The notes under the pieces were generated by a model. The model ran no database searches. It saw only the letters and a program-made list of their open reading frames with translations, and was not told where the DNA came from. 64,000 nt of DNA, taken from the NCBI RefSeq assembly GCF_006345805.1, contig NC_043000.1, positions 108,562,001 to 108,626,000 of the forward strand, given 5' to 3'. Each line of letters starts with the position of its first letter. Position 1 is the first letter of the stretch. The position numbers and the translations under genes were made by a program. This DNA is from Octopus sinensis. Its lineage: Eukaryota. Of this stretch, positions 50,866 to 63,269 are shown in pieces.

Positions 50866-53167
50866 GGTCACTTTCGAGTGCTACTGGTAACATGTAACCC
50901 AGAACAACCTGTTGCATGGTCGGGTCGTCGGCGACTAAACCGGTAACCCCACCAAGCTTGCTTGGTGAGGAGGGTGTTTATTGGACACCTTGCAGGATAA
51001 AAAACAAAACCCGTCAAAGGACGGAGGAACTCTTGAGAGTCAACGGCCATCCAATAAATGTGGTTTTTTTTCTCTTCTTAAGGCTTAAGGCTGTATCATG
51101 CGCGGGGACATAGAAATAATTGGACTAAATACCCGATCGCGCGGTTAAACCATTGGGAGTGAAGGACTCCTAGCCTTTGTTAGGGCATCCTTCTAGGAGA
51201 AGGAAACTCAGGTAACTGGGATAACTCCGACATAAAACCTGCGGCTCAGTGGTTACCGATGATGTTGACTTGTTCTTCTTTTAGGATTATGGCTGCTGTT
51301 GCTTAGTGAGTGGGATTGACTCAGTGCACAGCCTTCCCTCACTTTAAAAAAAATCTTTTTGCACAGGTATTGCACGATAACTACATTGGATTGATTAAAG
51401 TGATTAACTAATTCATGCATGTTGATAGTGCTGTGGGTCTCAACTGAATGGCTGACTGTAGCCTTAAAAAGCAAAAATCAATGATGTACCAAAACAGTAT
51501 AAAAATAAATGGCAGTAAGGACTCTGGAACCACATTGGCTGAAAGAGGCTGGCCCGGCAGGGGCTCCAGAGCATCACAATCTGAACCCGGCCGTCATCAT
51601 GCTACTGTGATAGAACCAAAGAAAATTATGAATATTGGCTGTTGGAATGTACGGACACTGCTTGACCACAAGTCCTCTGAATGTCCTGAAAGAAGGACTG
51701 CGCTTGTTGCAAAGGAGCTTCAACGCTATGATCTTGACATCGTTGCTTTATCTGAGACAAGATTGCCTGGAGATGGTCATCTTACAGAATCTTGTGGAAA
51801 ATATACATTCTTTTGGAAAGGGAGAGATGAAGAGCTTAGAGGAGAAGCTGGAGTGGCATTTGCTGTTAAGACTACTCTTGTGGACAAGTTGGAAGAATTC
51901 CCAATCGGAATTAATGAGCGTCTTATATCCATGAGAATTCCTTTGGCTAAAGGAAATTATATGACCTTGGTGAGTGTATATGCTCCAACTATGTGCTATA
52001 CTGATGGCGAAAAACTTTCTTTCTACCATGCTTTGAAGGGCATTATAAGAAATATCCCTCGGGCAGACAAAGTCATCGTACTGGGTGACTTTAATGCTAG
52101 AGTGGGTAGGGATTTTAACACATGGACTGTAATTGGAAAGCATGGGGTGGGGAAGTGTAATAGTAAGGGCATGCTTTTGCTGCAGATGTGTGAGGAGCTG
52201 AGTCTGTGTGTTACCAATACCATGTTTCAACAAAAGAATAAGCTTAAGACTACATGGATGCACCCTGCATCTAAAGAATGGCATATTCTGGATTACATCC
52301 TAGTTAGGGTGTGTGACAGACAGGATGTGCAGTGTGTTCGTGTTCTTCGTGGAGCTGAGTGTTGGACTGACCACCGCCTAGTACGTGCAAAAGTGAAATT
52401 AGTCACAAAACATAAAACCCGAGCTGCAGGGATGACCCTGCCTAAAAGACTGAATGTTGATCGTCTTAGGTACAATAGTGTGAAGAGAACTTTACGAGAG
52501 GAAATGAATGCTGCAGATATTGGGGAGGATTGGCCGACCCTTAAAAAGTCAGTTTATGATATAGGCAAAAAAGTTCTGGGATTGATACAAAGAAAGCATC
52601 AAGATTGGTTCAAAGAAAATGATGAACATATAGATGATTTATTGGCTGATAAAAGACGTACTTTGTCACGCTATTTGTCAGCAAAGTCACAGGAAAGGGA
52701 AGTGTTGCATAGGGAACTCAAGGACGTAAAATCACATGTGCGGCAAAAGCTCTCTCAGATGAGGGGTACGTGGTGGAGTAAGAAGGCTGACGAGATACAG
52801 GCGGCATCAGATTCCAATAACACAAAGTTGTTGTATGGTCTCTTGCGAGAAGTTTATGGACCGACATCTTCCCTGATGACACCAATTCGAAGCAGGGATG
52901 GTAAAGAATTTCTTCGTGATTCACAAGGAAATCTGCAAAGGTGGCAAGAACACTTTGATGAACTTTTGAATCAGCAGTCTGTAGTTAGTGAGGATGTTCT
53001 CAATCTCATCGCTGGATTGCCTGTGAAGGCAGCACTCGCAGACCCACCAAAGTTGGAAGAAGTTGCAATGGCTGTCTCAAGCTTGAATAATGGGAAGTCT
53101 CCGGGTATGGATGGCATACATGCGGAGTTGTTACAGCATGGTGGTGAGAAAATTCTGCAGAAACTTC
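50862..53167 (+). mobile_element. 5' half of a young RTE (BovB-like) LINE including the 5' UTR
   Basis: CpG-rich 5' UTR followed by a stop-free ORF; stops abruptly at the start of the RT (NGKSPGMDGIHAELLQHGG). Confidence 0.93.
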
Positions 53168-53199
53168 ACATGGAACAAACTGCTGGCATCAGTTGTTAG
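51448..53199 (+). CDS. 583-aa ORF: intact APE endonuclease and linker of an RTE LINE, no RT
   Basis: All APE motifs are present: GCWNVRTL, ALSETR, SVYAPT, LGDFNARVG, ILDYIL and WTDHRLV. The last ~10 codons derive from the fused CR1-type segment. Confidence 0.8.
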   Translation: MADCSLKKQKSMMYQNSIKINGSKDSGTTLAERGWPGRGSRASQSEPGRHHATVIEPKKIMNIGCWNVRTLLDHKSSECPERRTALVAKELQRYDLDIVALSETRLPGDGHLTESCGKYTFFWKGRDEELRGEAGVAFAVKTTLVDKLEEFPIGINERLISMRIPLAKGNYMTLVSVYAPTMCYTDGEKLSFYHALKGIIRNIPRADKVIVLGDFNARVGRDFNTWTVIGKHGVGKCNSKGMLLLQMCEELSLCVTNTMFQQKNKLKTTWMHPASKEWHILDYILVRVCDRQDVQCVRVLRGAECWTDHRLVRAKVKLVTKHKTRAAGMTLPKRLNVDRLRYNSVKRTLREEMNAADIGEDWPTLKKSVYDIGKKVLGLIQRKHQDWFKENDEHIDDLLADKRRTLSRYLSAKSQEREVLHRELKDVKSHVRQKLSQMRGTWWSKKADEIQAASDSNNTKLLYGLLREVYGPTSSLMTPIRSRDGKEFLRDSQGNLQRWQEHFDELLNQQSVVSEDVLNLIAGLPVKAALADPPKLEEVAMAVSSLNNGKSPGMDGIHAELLQHGGEKILQKLHMEQTAGISC

Positions 53200-53392
53200 T
53201 TGTCAGAGCACTGCATCCTTCAAAACTTCCATGCTTCCTGAGATTCGCCAACAATACACCTGATTTTCTCCCCTCCATACACATGCAAGCATGTATCTGA
53301 CTCATACATTTGTACATTACTGCATATGCTTTATACACACTTTTGACAAGTTGTGGTGCACCTGAGCACTGTATACAATAATTTCATTATTA

Positions 53393-53434
<42 letters not shown>
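53168..53434 (+). mobile_element. CR1/L2-type LINE 3' end with (TTA)n tail
   Basis: Frame from 53168 reads TWNKLLASVVSCQSTASFKTSMLPEIRQQYT* (WNxLPxxVVxxxSxxxFK motif). The tail ttgtggtgcacctgagcactgtatacaata also appears inverted near 24800. Confidence 0.75.
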
Positions 53435-53565
53435 CATTGATGTTGTCCAAATTCATGCCATTGGCCATAGTCAGTTATTTCTCTTAGTTTATGTTTGTTG
53501 TATAATGTACACACATACATGCACCATGCACATAGATTAAACATTTTATTTAATCTTATTCACAG

Positions 53566-53670
53566 CTGAAACAAAAGCAAAATGCAACCATTTACCTGAC
53601 ATGTGGAAACACCCATGTTATAATTTCGTAACGGAATATGATGAGGAAACTAGTACATTGAATGCCAAAG
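53566..53670 (+). CDS. Candidate internal exon of an unidentified host gene (xETKAKCNHLPDMWKHPCYNFVTEYDEETSTLNAKx)
   Basis: Acceptor ttttatttaatcttattcacag and donor AAG/gtaaca; 105 nt, phase 1-1, open, non-repetitive; no family recognised. Confidence 0.5.
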
Positions 53671-53754
53671 GTAACATATTAGCAAGTAAGTAACCCTTCT
53701 ATAATCTTTCTTCTCCCTCTCTCTCTCCCTCTCTCTCTCCCTCTCACACACACA

Positions 53755-53818
<64 letters not shown>

Positions 53819-54589
53819 GAGCAGTCAAATGTTGGTTGAGATCAATTAACAAATATGGAAATTTTATAAATGGTTTAATTTGTGGAGATGAGAACAAGTG
53901 TTGCAAAGTCTGAGACATTGATCGTCTCAAGAAAGTGTTTCCTGTGCACTTTGCATGTTTGTGGAATGTCACTGAAGCCAGTGGAGCGTCTGTGTTTCTT
54001 TCAATTACTTTAAATATAACAAAGAATTTAGTAAAATAACTTAGTTATCATTCAGTTAGTGTTAGGAACATAAATTGTGACTAAGGTTTGGTGGAAGATT
54101 TTAGTTCAAAACTTATGAAAACAAGACATTTGTACTCAGAGCCAGAGCCGGTTTCAGCCGGGTTGGTAATGAAACGGTAAAATGATAATGATGGTGTTTC
54201 CTTGTATTGTTGTCAATACCTTTGCCAATAAAATAAATTACTACTGCTACTACTACTACTACTACTTTTGCAACTGCCACTACTACTGCTACTACTACTA
54301 CTTTTGCAACTGCTACTACTACTACTGGTAGAGTAATTAGCATGCCCAATAAAATTCTTAGCAACATTTCTCCCAGTTTTGCATTCTGAGTTCAAATCCT
54401 GTTAATGTCGACTTTGCCTTTCATCCTTTATTGGGTGGAGTGGCAAAGTGGTTAATAAAATAAGCAACAGTTAAACACTGGTGGTCAGTGTAATTGACAA
54501 GCCCTTCCCCTCAAAATGTCAGGCCTTCTACCTATAGCAGAAAGGATTATTTTTATTATTTTTTTTCTATCTCAGGTTTTGTTAGATCT

Positions 54590-54990
54590 CTTGGAGTCTT
54601 GCATGCATAGTGTGCTTGGTGCCTGCAGCCTACGGCACCATGCTATCTGTTCTTTTCAACTATCAAATACTTTCCTGATTATTCTGGTCATGCAAGGAGA
54701 CAAACATTTTGTAACAGTTCTGCTGGCTGTTCTATAACTATTTTATATGTCTCTTGATACCTTCTCATACTCTCCCCAAAAGACACAACAATACCTGGTA
54801 CTATCTTCACCTTCATTTTCTACAGCCAGGCCATTTTGTATTTATCTGATTTTTTTTTGTTTTCCTTCTCAACTATTCATGTGTTGAAGGGGCAGGCAAC
54901 ATCAACTATATAGCACACATGGTACATCTTGTTGACCACCCCTAGGTCCAGTCTGTTATGCTCTGGCACCTTGTTTAGAACGAGAAGTTG
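54590..54990 (-). pseudogene. Very old RLE-type (R4/Dong-like) 3' fragment
   Basis: Weak minus-strand similarity to the nuclease C-terminus of the neighbouring elements. Confidence 0.35.
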
Positions 54991-55069
54991 CAGAGGATTT
55001 TTCAAGTCTCTGACTCTGTGACTGTCTGTAGTTTGTGCTCATGTCTTGCCTGTAATCGAAGGGATAATT

Positions 55070-58010
55070 ATCATTGCCTTTGCACAGCTTCTAATGCTGG
55101 AGATGTACTATGGTGTCAGCTCTTCACTACCAGTGAACTAAGGTAACACCCCTTATTATTTCGAGCACCATTTGGAGTATTCGAGCGGTTCCAAGCAGTG
55201 CTGTTTTCTGCAAGTGTTTCACCCTTATTGCAACCCCTATTTGCTCCATGTACTTCTCAAGATTTTTACTCACTGTTCTCAGGGCTCCGACAGTTATCAG
55301 TACTACTACCACCTTTTTCAGCAACCACAACAGCTTAACCTCCTAAGCTAGCTTGTTATGTCTATCAACTTTTCTTTCTTCCTTATCACATACCTTGTCA
55401 GCTGGGCATGCTATATCTATGATCCAGCATAGTTTGTTTTCTTTCTCAATTAAGGCTATGTCTGGCTTCCTATTCTCTATCTCATAGGCACTGAATCATA
55501 AAATCCTATAGGATCTTTGCATTTTTATTTTCAACGATGCCTTCGGGTTTGTGGTCATACCAATTTTTTGCTCTGTCAAGTCCATACATGTTGCAAAGTG
55601 TCTAATGGCCAAGTCTGGCTATATTGTCGTGGCATCTCCTATATTCCTTCTGGGCTAGTGGCGTACATTCGTTGGTAATATGCCATACGGTTTCACTGTT
55701 TTGTCCACAGATTCTGCACTTATCACTTTCTGCTGTGTTGTCTATTCTGTACTTTACGAATTATGTTCTTAGTGCTTACTCTTGGGCAGCACAGATTAGA
55801 GCCTCTGTTTTCAGTTTTAAATCATTTTTAGTCATCCACAGCCATCTTTTTTCTCTGTCTGTCTTATCTTCAACATCCCTATGAAATTGTCCATGCATTT
55901 TTTTTCCTTATCCACCTATTTTCAGTTTCATTCATTCTCAAGTGCTTGTACAGTGCTTTATCTTTGCAATCTTCCATCCTACACAAGTCTGACCTTCTTA
56001 CTTCCAATAATAGCGGTTCTATGGCATTTTTACATACCATGCTATGTTGTTTTCTTCTGCTTTAATACTGTGTCCGCATCCAATAAGTCCTCTTCCCCCT
56101 CTTTTTCTTGGTACATACAGTCTCTCTGTGTCACTTTTTGGGTGGAGTGACCCATATCTAGTCAATAACTTCCCTGTCTTTCTGTCTAAGCTGTTTAGTT
56201 CATCTACTGTCCATGCAATTACTCCTGCTCCATATCTAAGGAGTGAAACCGCCCAGGTGTTGATAGCTTCAATCTTATTCTGTCCGTTTAATTTCGACTT
56301 AAGGATCAGTCTCAGTCTGTGCAAGTACTCCACCTCAAATTTTTCTGTCATTTCTTTCTCCATCAATTTATCCATTTCCAATATCTTCAAGTACTTATAG
56401 CCCGTCTCTTCTGTCTGTTTCATTACCCACCCCCCGAAGGTATCGTTATCCCGTCCATACATTTGATTTTCCCTCTCTTCAAGACTAACACACCACACTT
56501 TCTCAGTCCAAACTCCATTCTGATATCAGCACTGAAAGTATACACCATATCAACGAGGGAACTCACTTGGGCTTCATCTTTACCATAAAGTTTGAGGTCA
56601 TCCATGAATAACAAATGGTTGACTTTTTGCTGGCAGCTTTTGAATACATACCCAGCTTTTGCTTTCCTCAGAATCAGTGTTAGTGGTATCAAACACAGTA
56701 CAAATATCAGTGGGGACAGGCAGTCCCCTTGGAAGATGCTACTCCTAATTTCTACTGTCCCTAAACTTCTTCCTTATGCTGTCAGGTCTGTCCACCAATT
56801 CGCCATACTTTTTCCAAGCAATTGCACAACATTTGATGCAATACCAAAATAGGTTCATCATATTGTACGCCTTACGATAGTCGATCCATGACATGGTTAA
56901 TTTACTTTTCCTCCTCTTGCAGTCTCTGAGTACAGTTTTGTCTATCAGGATTTGATCCTTGGTACCTCTGCACTTACGCTTGCAACCCTTCTGCTCATGT
57001 GGAGATGTTTGTACATTGACTCTGCGAGTATTCCAGTCAGTAATTTCCACATAAGTAGCAAGCAGGATATTAGCCTGTAATTGTTTACCGTATTGCCTTT
57101 TTTGGTGTTTTTCAAGCATAGCACTGTCCTACCCAATGTCAACCACTCTGGTGTTACTTGGTCGGCATTTGACAAGGTGTTGAGCTGCGCAGTTATTCGT
57201 GCATGACATTCACCAAATCTTGTGATCCAGTAGCCTTGAACTCCATCTGGTCTCAGGCCTTCCAGTTGCTCATTTTTTTGCGGATTTCTTTCACTTCCCT
57301 AACTGAAATGACTAGTTCTGCCTGTTTTGGACAGACTACTGTTTGTTTCAGTTCTTGCAACCACTCAGCATCCTTCTTGTGCTCCTTGTCTTTGCTCCAG
57401 ATGTCACTCCCAAACCTTTGTCTTTCAATGTTATCTGATATCAACTTTTCATCTGTACACTCTCTATTTATTTCTTAATAGAATCTCTTCTGATCTACTC
57501 TGAATAACCTATTCTCGTAGTAACCCTTCATTCTTTGGTCGTATCTTACCATCTTCGCTTTCTTTGCAACGAGGTGCTGTTTCAGTTCCTCCATTACTAC
57601 TTTCTGGCCCTTTCTTTCAATATTATACTTCCTTTTCAGCGCCCTATATTTTTGTTCGCTTTTAAGCTCCCCTTTCTCTTTTCAGTCTAACACAGAGATA
57701 TCCTTCGAGAGCATGTCTAACTCTGCCTGGATTCTTCTTTTCTACCATGGATCTTTTCTTTCGTCACTCCCATTATATTTCTTTTTCTTGACATCAACCA
57801 CATTTTCTGCTACAATACTTGCTGCCTTGATCAAATTATTTGTTTCTGTGATGTTGTTTGTTCTGATGTATTTCAGAATTGCATTGACATTTTTCGTTTG
57901 TTGGTTCCATTTCTATCGATCAACCTTCTTAACTTTGGAAATAATGCTGCTATCGTTCTCTTGTAGTCTTCCCTTTATTCTGTAGTAGGTTGCCTTTTGT
58001 TCATCTGTTG
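55070..58010 (-). mobile_element. R4/Dong-like non-LTR retrotransposon (RT plus restriction-like endonuclease), degenerate
   Basis: [48 protein letters not shown] and LQKTALLGTARIL; ends abut (TAA)/(CAA)-type repeats. Confidence 0.93.
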
Positions 58011-59199
58011 TTGTTGTTATTATTATTATGTTACTTTTTCTCATTCTTTTACCCCTCCTTCCTCCACAATGTTAAGTAAATGACAAAGACAGAAGCGTCA
58101 GGAAGGAATAATCCCATATAAGATAAGTTTAAATCAAAAAGAAGGAAAGAAAAATATGTTGTCCATTATGCCATGATTTATTTAAAAAATAAAACATTTA
58201 CTGAGGAAATAAATAAGAATCATTGGCATTAAAACCTTTTATGATTACTTTCTAAATATAGCAAACAATGTTTCAATTCGCAAGAGTAGATCAATGAACT
58301 GGTGTGGCATAATCCTTCACTGTGTGCAGAGCAGCTGCCAAAGTTTGTATACGTTACCCAAACACTAAAGAATGAGAAGAGTGGTTAAACCAGTTTGAGA
58401 ATTGCATCAAATCAAATATTGTCAAGAATTGAAAAAGAGAGTAAGAAGGAAAAGAATCTTTAGAAATATGAAGAAAAGAAGGAAACCAGAAAGAAAGAAT
58501 ATCTTGGTAGCTGTTGCTTAACCCTGCGGGGTCAATTCTAATTTAGCCCTAATGTTGTCAAATGCATTAGACACGTGACTATCTCTGTCTTTCTTAAGGG
58601 TATATAGGACTGTATTATTCTAATATGTCCTTATGTCAATCTGACTGAATCATTACTGTGTCAGACAAAATGCATTTTTTCTGGCTTTACATTCTGAGTT
58701 CAAATGTTGCCGAGATCAACTTTGCCTTTCCATCCTTTTAGGATTGATAAAATAAATACTAGTCAAGCACTGGGGGTCAGTGTAAGTGTCTTATTCTCTC
58801 AGAATTGCTGGTCTTGTGCAAAAATTCAATCCCTTTATCATTTATTAAAGGCAGCAACCTGGCAGAATGGTCAGCACACCAGAGAAAACTCTTGGCAGCA
58901 TTTCTTCCAGTTTTACATACTGAATTCAAATTCTGCAAAGATTAATTTTTTTTCTTCATCCTTTCAGGGTTAGTACCAGTTGCAGATTGGTGTTGATGTA
59001 ATTAACTGGTCCCATCCCCACAATATTTCAGGCTCTGTGCCTAAGGTAGAAAGCGTTGTAGTTATTATCATTGTTATTTACTTTTAATTTAGCATGTTTG
59101 TTGCATCACTTGCCGCAACACACCCAGCACTCTACAGCAAGCAAAGGTTAAGAGATGTTGAACCAGAACTGAAAGCTTGGGGATGAAAAGTGGCAAGGG

Positions 59200-59550
59200 C
59201 AGTAGAGAAATATCTTCATATAATACAACACAAATATTTAAATTGATAGGGTTTTGTCTAGGGATATTGGCAGTACTTGTTAGCACAGTTTTTTTAGATT
59301 TCTTTGAGACATGGTTCTCTTGGGATGTTGTGTAGATGTTTCTGACATCCCTTTTTTATCATACCTAGGACACCCACAAAAGCAGGAACAGTTCTCATTT
59401 TAAGATGCCACATCTTTTGTATTTCAATTTCCAGGTCCTTATATTTACTAAGTTTGTCAAATTCCTTTACAGATATATTTTTATCAATGGAAACACATTT
59501 ATTAGTCTACAAGTATTTTCTTTCATGTCTTTAATAATTATGTCTGGTAT
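59200..59550 (-). mobile_element. R4/Dong-like RLE 3' fragment 1
   Basis: PDIIIKDMKENTC...KEFDKLSKYKDLEIEIQKMWHL...KTVLTSTANI. Confidence 0.75.
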
Positions 59551-59569
59551 TATTATTATTATCATTATT

Positions 59570-60024
59570 ATTCAGTAGTTTTATTTTTATAGCGTGCTTT
59601 CACTTCACTACTGAGCGCAGCTCTGTGTGCCTTGGGTATGTGCTGTGATTTGTTGTGATGCTCTGATGGTTATTGTATAGAAAGTGTTCTGCATAGGATG
59701 TGTGCAGTGCCTAGTAGTGCAATTTTCTGTATGTTATATGTGTTTGTAAGTCCTGGTGTTTTTGTTATGTATTTGTCTGAATATTTTTTTATCATGCCTA
59801 ATGCACCTACTATGATAGGGATTGTTTCTGTTTTTAGATTCCACATTCTGGTTACCTCTATTTCCAGGTCTTTGTATTTTGAAAGTTTCTCCGTTTCTTT
59901 TAGAGACACGTTGTCATCTGCCGGTATTGATACATCAATTAGAAAGCATTTTTTTTTCTTCATGATTTCTGACAACTATATCTGGTCTGTTGGCCTTAAT
60001 TTCTCTATCTGTGTGTATCAGCAT

Positions 60025-60026
<2 letters not shown>
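59570..60026 (-). mobile_element. R4/Dong-like RLE 3' fragment 2, stop-free
   Basis: KCFLIDVSIPADDNVSLKETEKLSKYKDLEIEVTRMW...PIIVGALG...IQKIALLGTAHIL; (TAA)n on both sides. Confidence 0.92.
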
Positions 60027-60062
<36 letters not shown>

Positions 60063-60079
60063 AATTTTATTATTATTAT

Positions 60080-60525
60080 TTAAGACGTTGCCCAGTATCC
60101 AATTTTGTGATGTTGTTTGAAGATATTGTGTCTGCCAAGGGTTTGTACTGTTTGTCAAGTCACAACAAGGACCTCAGATTGACAATACTTCACCCAGTAT
60201 GCATCCTGTTCCAAGTAATGCTGATTTTTGCAATGCATCTAGATTGTAGGGTATTTTTAAAGTTTCCAGATGTTTCTTTGGCTTGGCTGGTATTGAACCC
60301 AATGCTCCTGTGATAACAAGGACAACATTTATGTTTGCCACGTCTTGGCAATCTCAATTCTCAGATCTCCATATTTATCAACCTTTTCTCTTTCTTTCAT
60401 ATGTTGACCTTCTGGCACTGCCACGTCGATTATTAGGCACACTTGTTTATCCCTCCTATAGGTTACTATATCCGGCCTTCGGTGCTCTAACACCTTGTCT
60501 GTCTGGAAGTCAAAGTCCCAGATGT
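60080..60525 (-). mobile_element. R4/Dong-like RLE 3' fragment 3
   Basis: IIDVAVPEG...EREKVDKYGDLRIEIAKTW...ITGALGSIP...LQKSALLGTGCIL. Confidence 0.8.
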
Positions 60526-60546
60526 ATCATTATCATCATCAAAATG

Positions 60547-60990
60547 GTGAAGTGGCAGAATCATTAGCACGCTGGGTGAAATGCTTAGCTGTATTTTACC
60601 TGCCACTACATCCCGAGTTCAAATTCTGCCAAGGTCAACTTTGCCTTTCATCCTTTCGGGGTCGATTAAATAAGTGCCAGCTATGCACTGGGGTCAATGT
60701 AATCAACTTAATCCTCTCCCTTAAGCTGCCCTTGTGGAAAAATTTGGAAATTACTATTATCATTATTATTATTATTATTATTATTATTAAGTTCATTGGA
60801 GGTTTGGACAAAATGTTTTGTATTATTTATTCTAACTCTTTATGTTCTGAGTTTGAATCCTGCTGAAGTCAACTTTGCCTTTTTGTTCTTCTGGCGTCAA
60901 TAAAGTAGCAACCAGTCATGTACTGGGGTTGATGTTATTGATTTGCCTCCTCCCTCAAAATTGCTGGGTTTATACCAAAATTAGAAAGAA
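60547..60990 (+). mobile_element. Two tandem SINE family B copies
   Basis: gtggcagaatcattagcac...gagttcaaattctgcc...ttgcctttcatcctttcgggg, repeated after a (TTA)n tract. Confidence 0.8.
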
Positions 60991-61291
60991 TGATCTATGT
61001 CCTTCCCTATTTAAGATGGCTGGATGTACTTTGAGGGAGATGTTGCTGCTATTTCTGATTGGTCAGATGACTATGTAAGAAACTCAGAGGTTTTAGTTGA
61101 TGTTGTTTAATTCCAAATCATTCCCAGCTGAGTGGACCTATGATCAAAGAAATTCTTGCCATGACCACCCTGTCATTTTCCTTTGCATAGAAAACATGGC
61201 TATAGTATCTAACATGTTTTTTTCTAAGACAGTAGAATGTAAGTTAAGGGAATTTGGTGTTATTTGTAGGAGGTAGAGCAACTACACACAG

Positions 61292-61915
61292 CAGTGGTTC
61301 CCAAATTTTTCACTACTAAGGATTCCTTTCATCTAAATTAATTCTTCTCGTGGGACCCACAGCTTTTATAAGACCCTTCTACTCAACACATTTTTGGATC
61401 CCTTTCTTTGCAAACCTCTGGTACTTTCCTTGTGGATCCACAATGCTTTCATTGCACTTCTTCTTTTGTAGACCACACTGTTTTCATCACAAACCCCCAA
61501 ATTATTTATGGACCCCAGCACTTTCTTCACAAACCCTCAGATGCTGAATTCATAACCTCCAGTATTTTCTTCACTAATCTCCAATGCTTTTTTTGTAGAC
61601 CCTAATACTTTCCTCATAAATTCTTAATGCTTTCTTTGCAATTCTGCAACCTTAGTATTTTCTTCACAAATCCCTAATGCTTTCTTGGCAACCTCCAGTA
61701 CATTCTTTGTGAACTCCTAATTCTTTCATGACAGAGCCCCAAGTACTTTCTTTTTGCAATCCCTGTATGTTCTTTGTAGATCCTCAGTGCTGTCTTTATG
61801 AAACACAGTACTTTCCTCACAAATTCCTAATGCTTTCTCTTTGGATCCTCAGTACTTTTTTGTAAACTCCGTGTTTGGTATGTGGGCTCACAGGGATCTG
61901 TGGACCCCTAAGTTT
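61292..61915. mobile_element. hAT-type MITE filled with a degenerate ~20-bp minisatellite
   Basis: Starts cagtggttcccaaa and ends gtggacccctaagtttg; interior alternates cagtactttcttcacaaa-like and aatgctttctttgtagatc-like units. Confidence 0.55.
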
Positions 61916-62296
61916 GCATCTGTTGACTTTGAGGTGCTATGGTTCTCTTCACACTTCTATCATAGATGTGAATGTGAAACAAAGATGACATGAAACTTCT
62001 ATGAGGACCTTATTATTTATTGTAACGAACCTTGTTTCTGTATTGTCTTCGTTGAACTGGGTGTGAGGGTTGTGTATGAGTTGGGGTGGAGTAGGGAAGA
62101 GTTGCGTAAGATAAACAATGAGAAAAGGAGGTCAGTGGGTGTTAGGGGCAGGGTGTCAACAACATGTGTACTTTACTGAATAAAGAGCAGTCACTGTGCA
62201 AATACATACAGAAAGATAAATTTACACAATGCTTTTACATACACACACACACACACACACACGTACCTGTATGTATAATCTGTGTACACATATATG

Positions 62297-62337
<41 letters not shown>

Positions 62338-63269
62338 TCAATACACACAGCCACATGCTTGCACATACATACAAATGTACACACCCATACACACAGACAT
62401 CTATATGTGTACTCAGTTAATTTACTTGTTTAGCTTTCTCTTATGAGATATAATTCTCGGGCTTAATTGGCCATTTGCATCATTTTCACTTAATTGCTTA
62501 TTTTAATTGCCCACAGAGGAGTGAGTTATGTATTATATTGACTAGAGGAGGTTTGAAAAGAAACTGAGAATACTACTACTACTACTACTACCATTGCTAC
62601 TATTACTGCTTTTACTACTACTATGACTACCATCACCACTACTGCTATTGCTGAGGGTGATAATGATGATGATGATCTCTTTATTTGCCACATGGACAGT
62701 ATCAGAGAAGGGGACAACACAAAGGTTAAGTAAATTGTGGTGAGGGTGGGGTCCATAAAATCAGTTGACGAGGTAAATGAATGACAAAGAAAGAAAAATA
62801 TGGATGATACAGTGCTCCTGATATAAGAAGGCATCCAACAGGGGCCAGTCCAAGAATTCCCACAAATCCAACCAACTCTGGCCACCACCAAAGCCAGTGG
62901 TTTTCCTAAACTGTTACTCTTTGGTCTGTAGGTGCATGCAGGAAGAAAAAACAAAAAATAATAATCTGTTTTTGCTATCCGCACAAGGCTTGAAACTTGA
63001 GGGTTGGGGCTCGTTGATTACGTTGAGTCCAATGCTCAACTGGTAACTTATTTTATTGACCCCCAAAAGGATGAAAAGTGAAGTTGATCTCAGTGGAATT
63101 TGAGCCCAAAATATAAAGACAGAAAATGAACTGCTGCTAAGCACTTTGTCTGGTTGGCTAATGATTCCACCAATGCAGCACCTGTATCCATAGCAACAAC
63201 AAGCAATGTACAAGCTACCTTAGTTGCTGTCCAATTAGGAAAGAGAACAACAGAGCAGACTGTGGTGGG

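Noticed and set aside
58340-58440. Exon-like segment with donor aga/gtaaga
   Set aside because: Stops in all frames; looks like a decayed repeat-derived ORF
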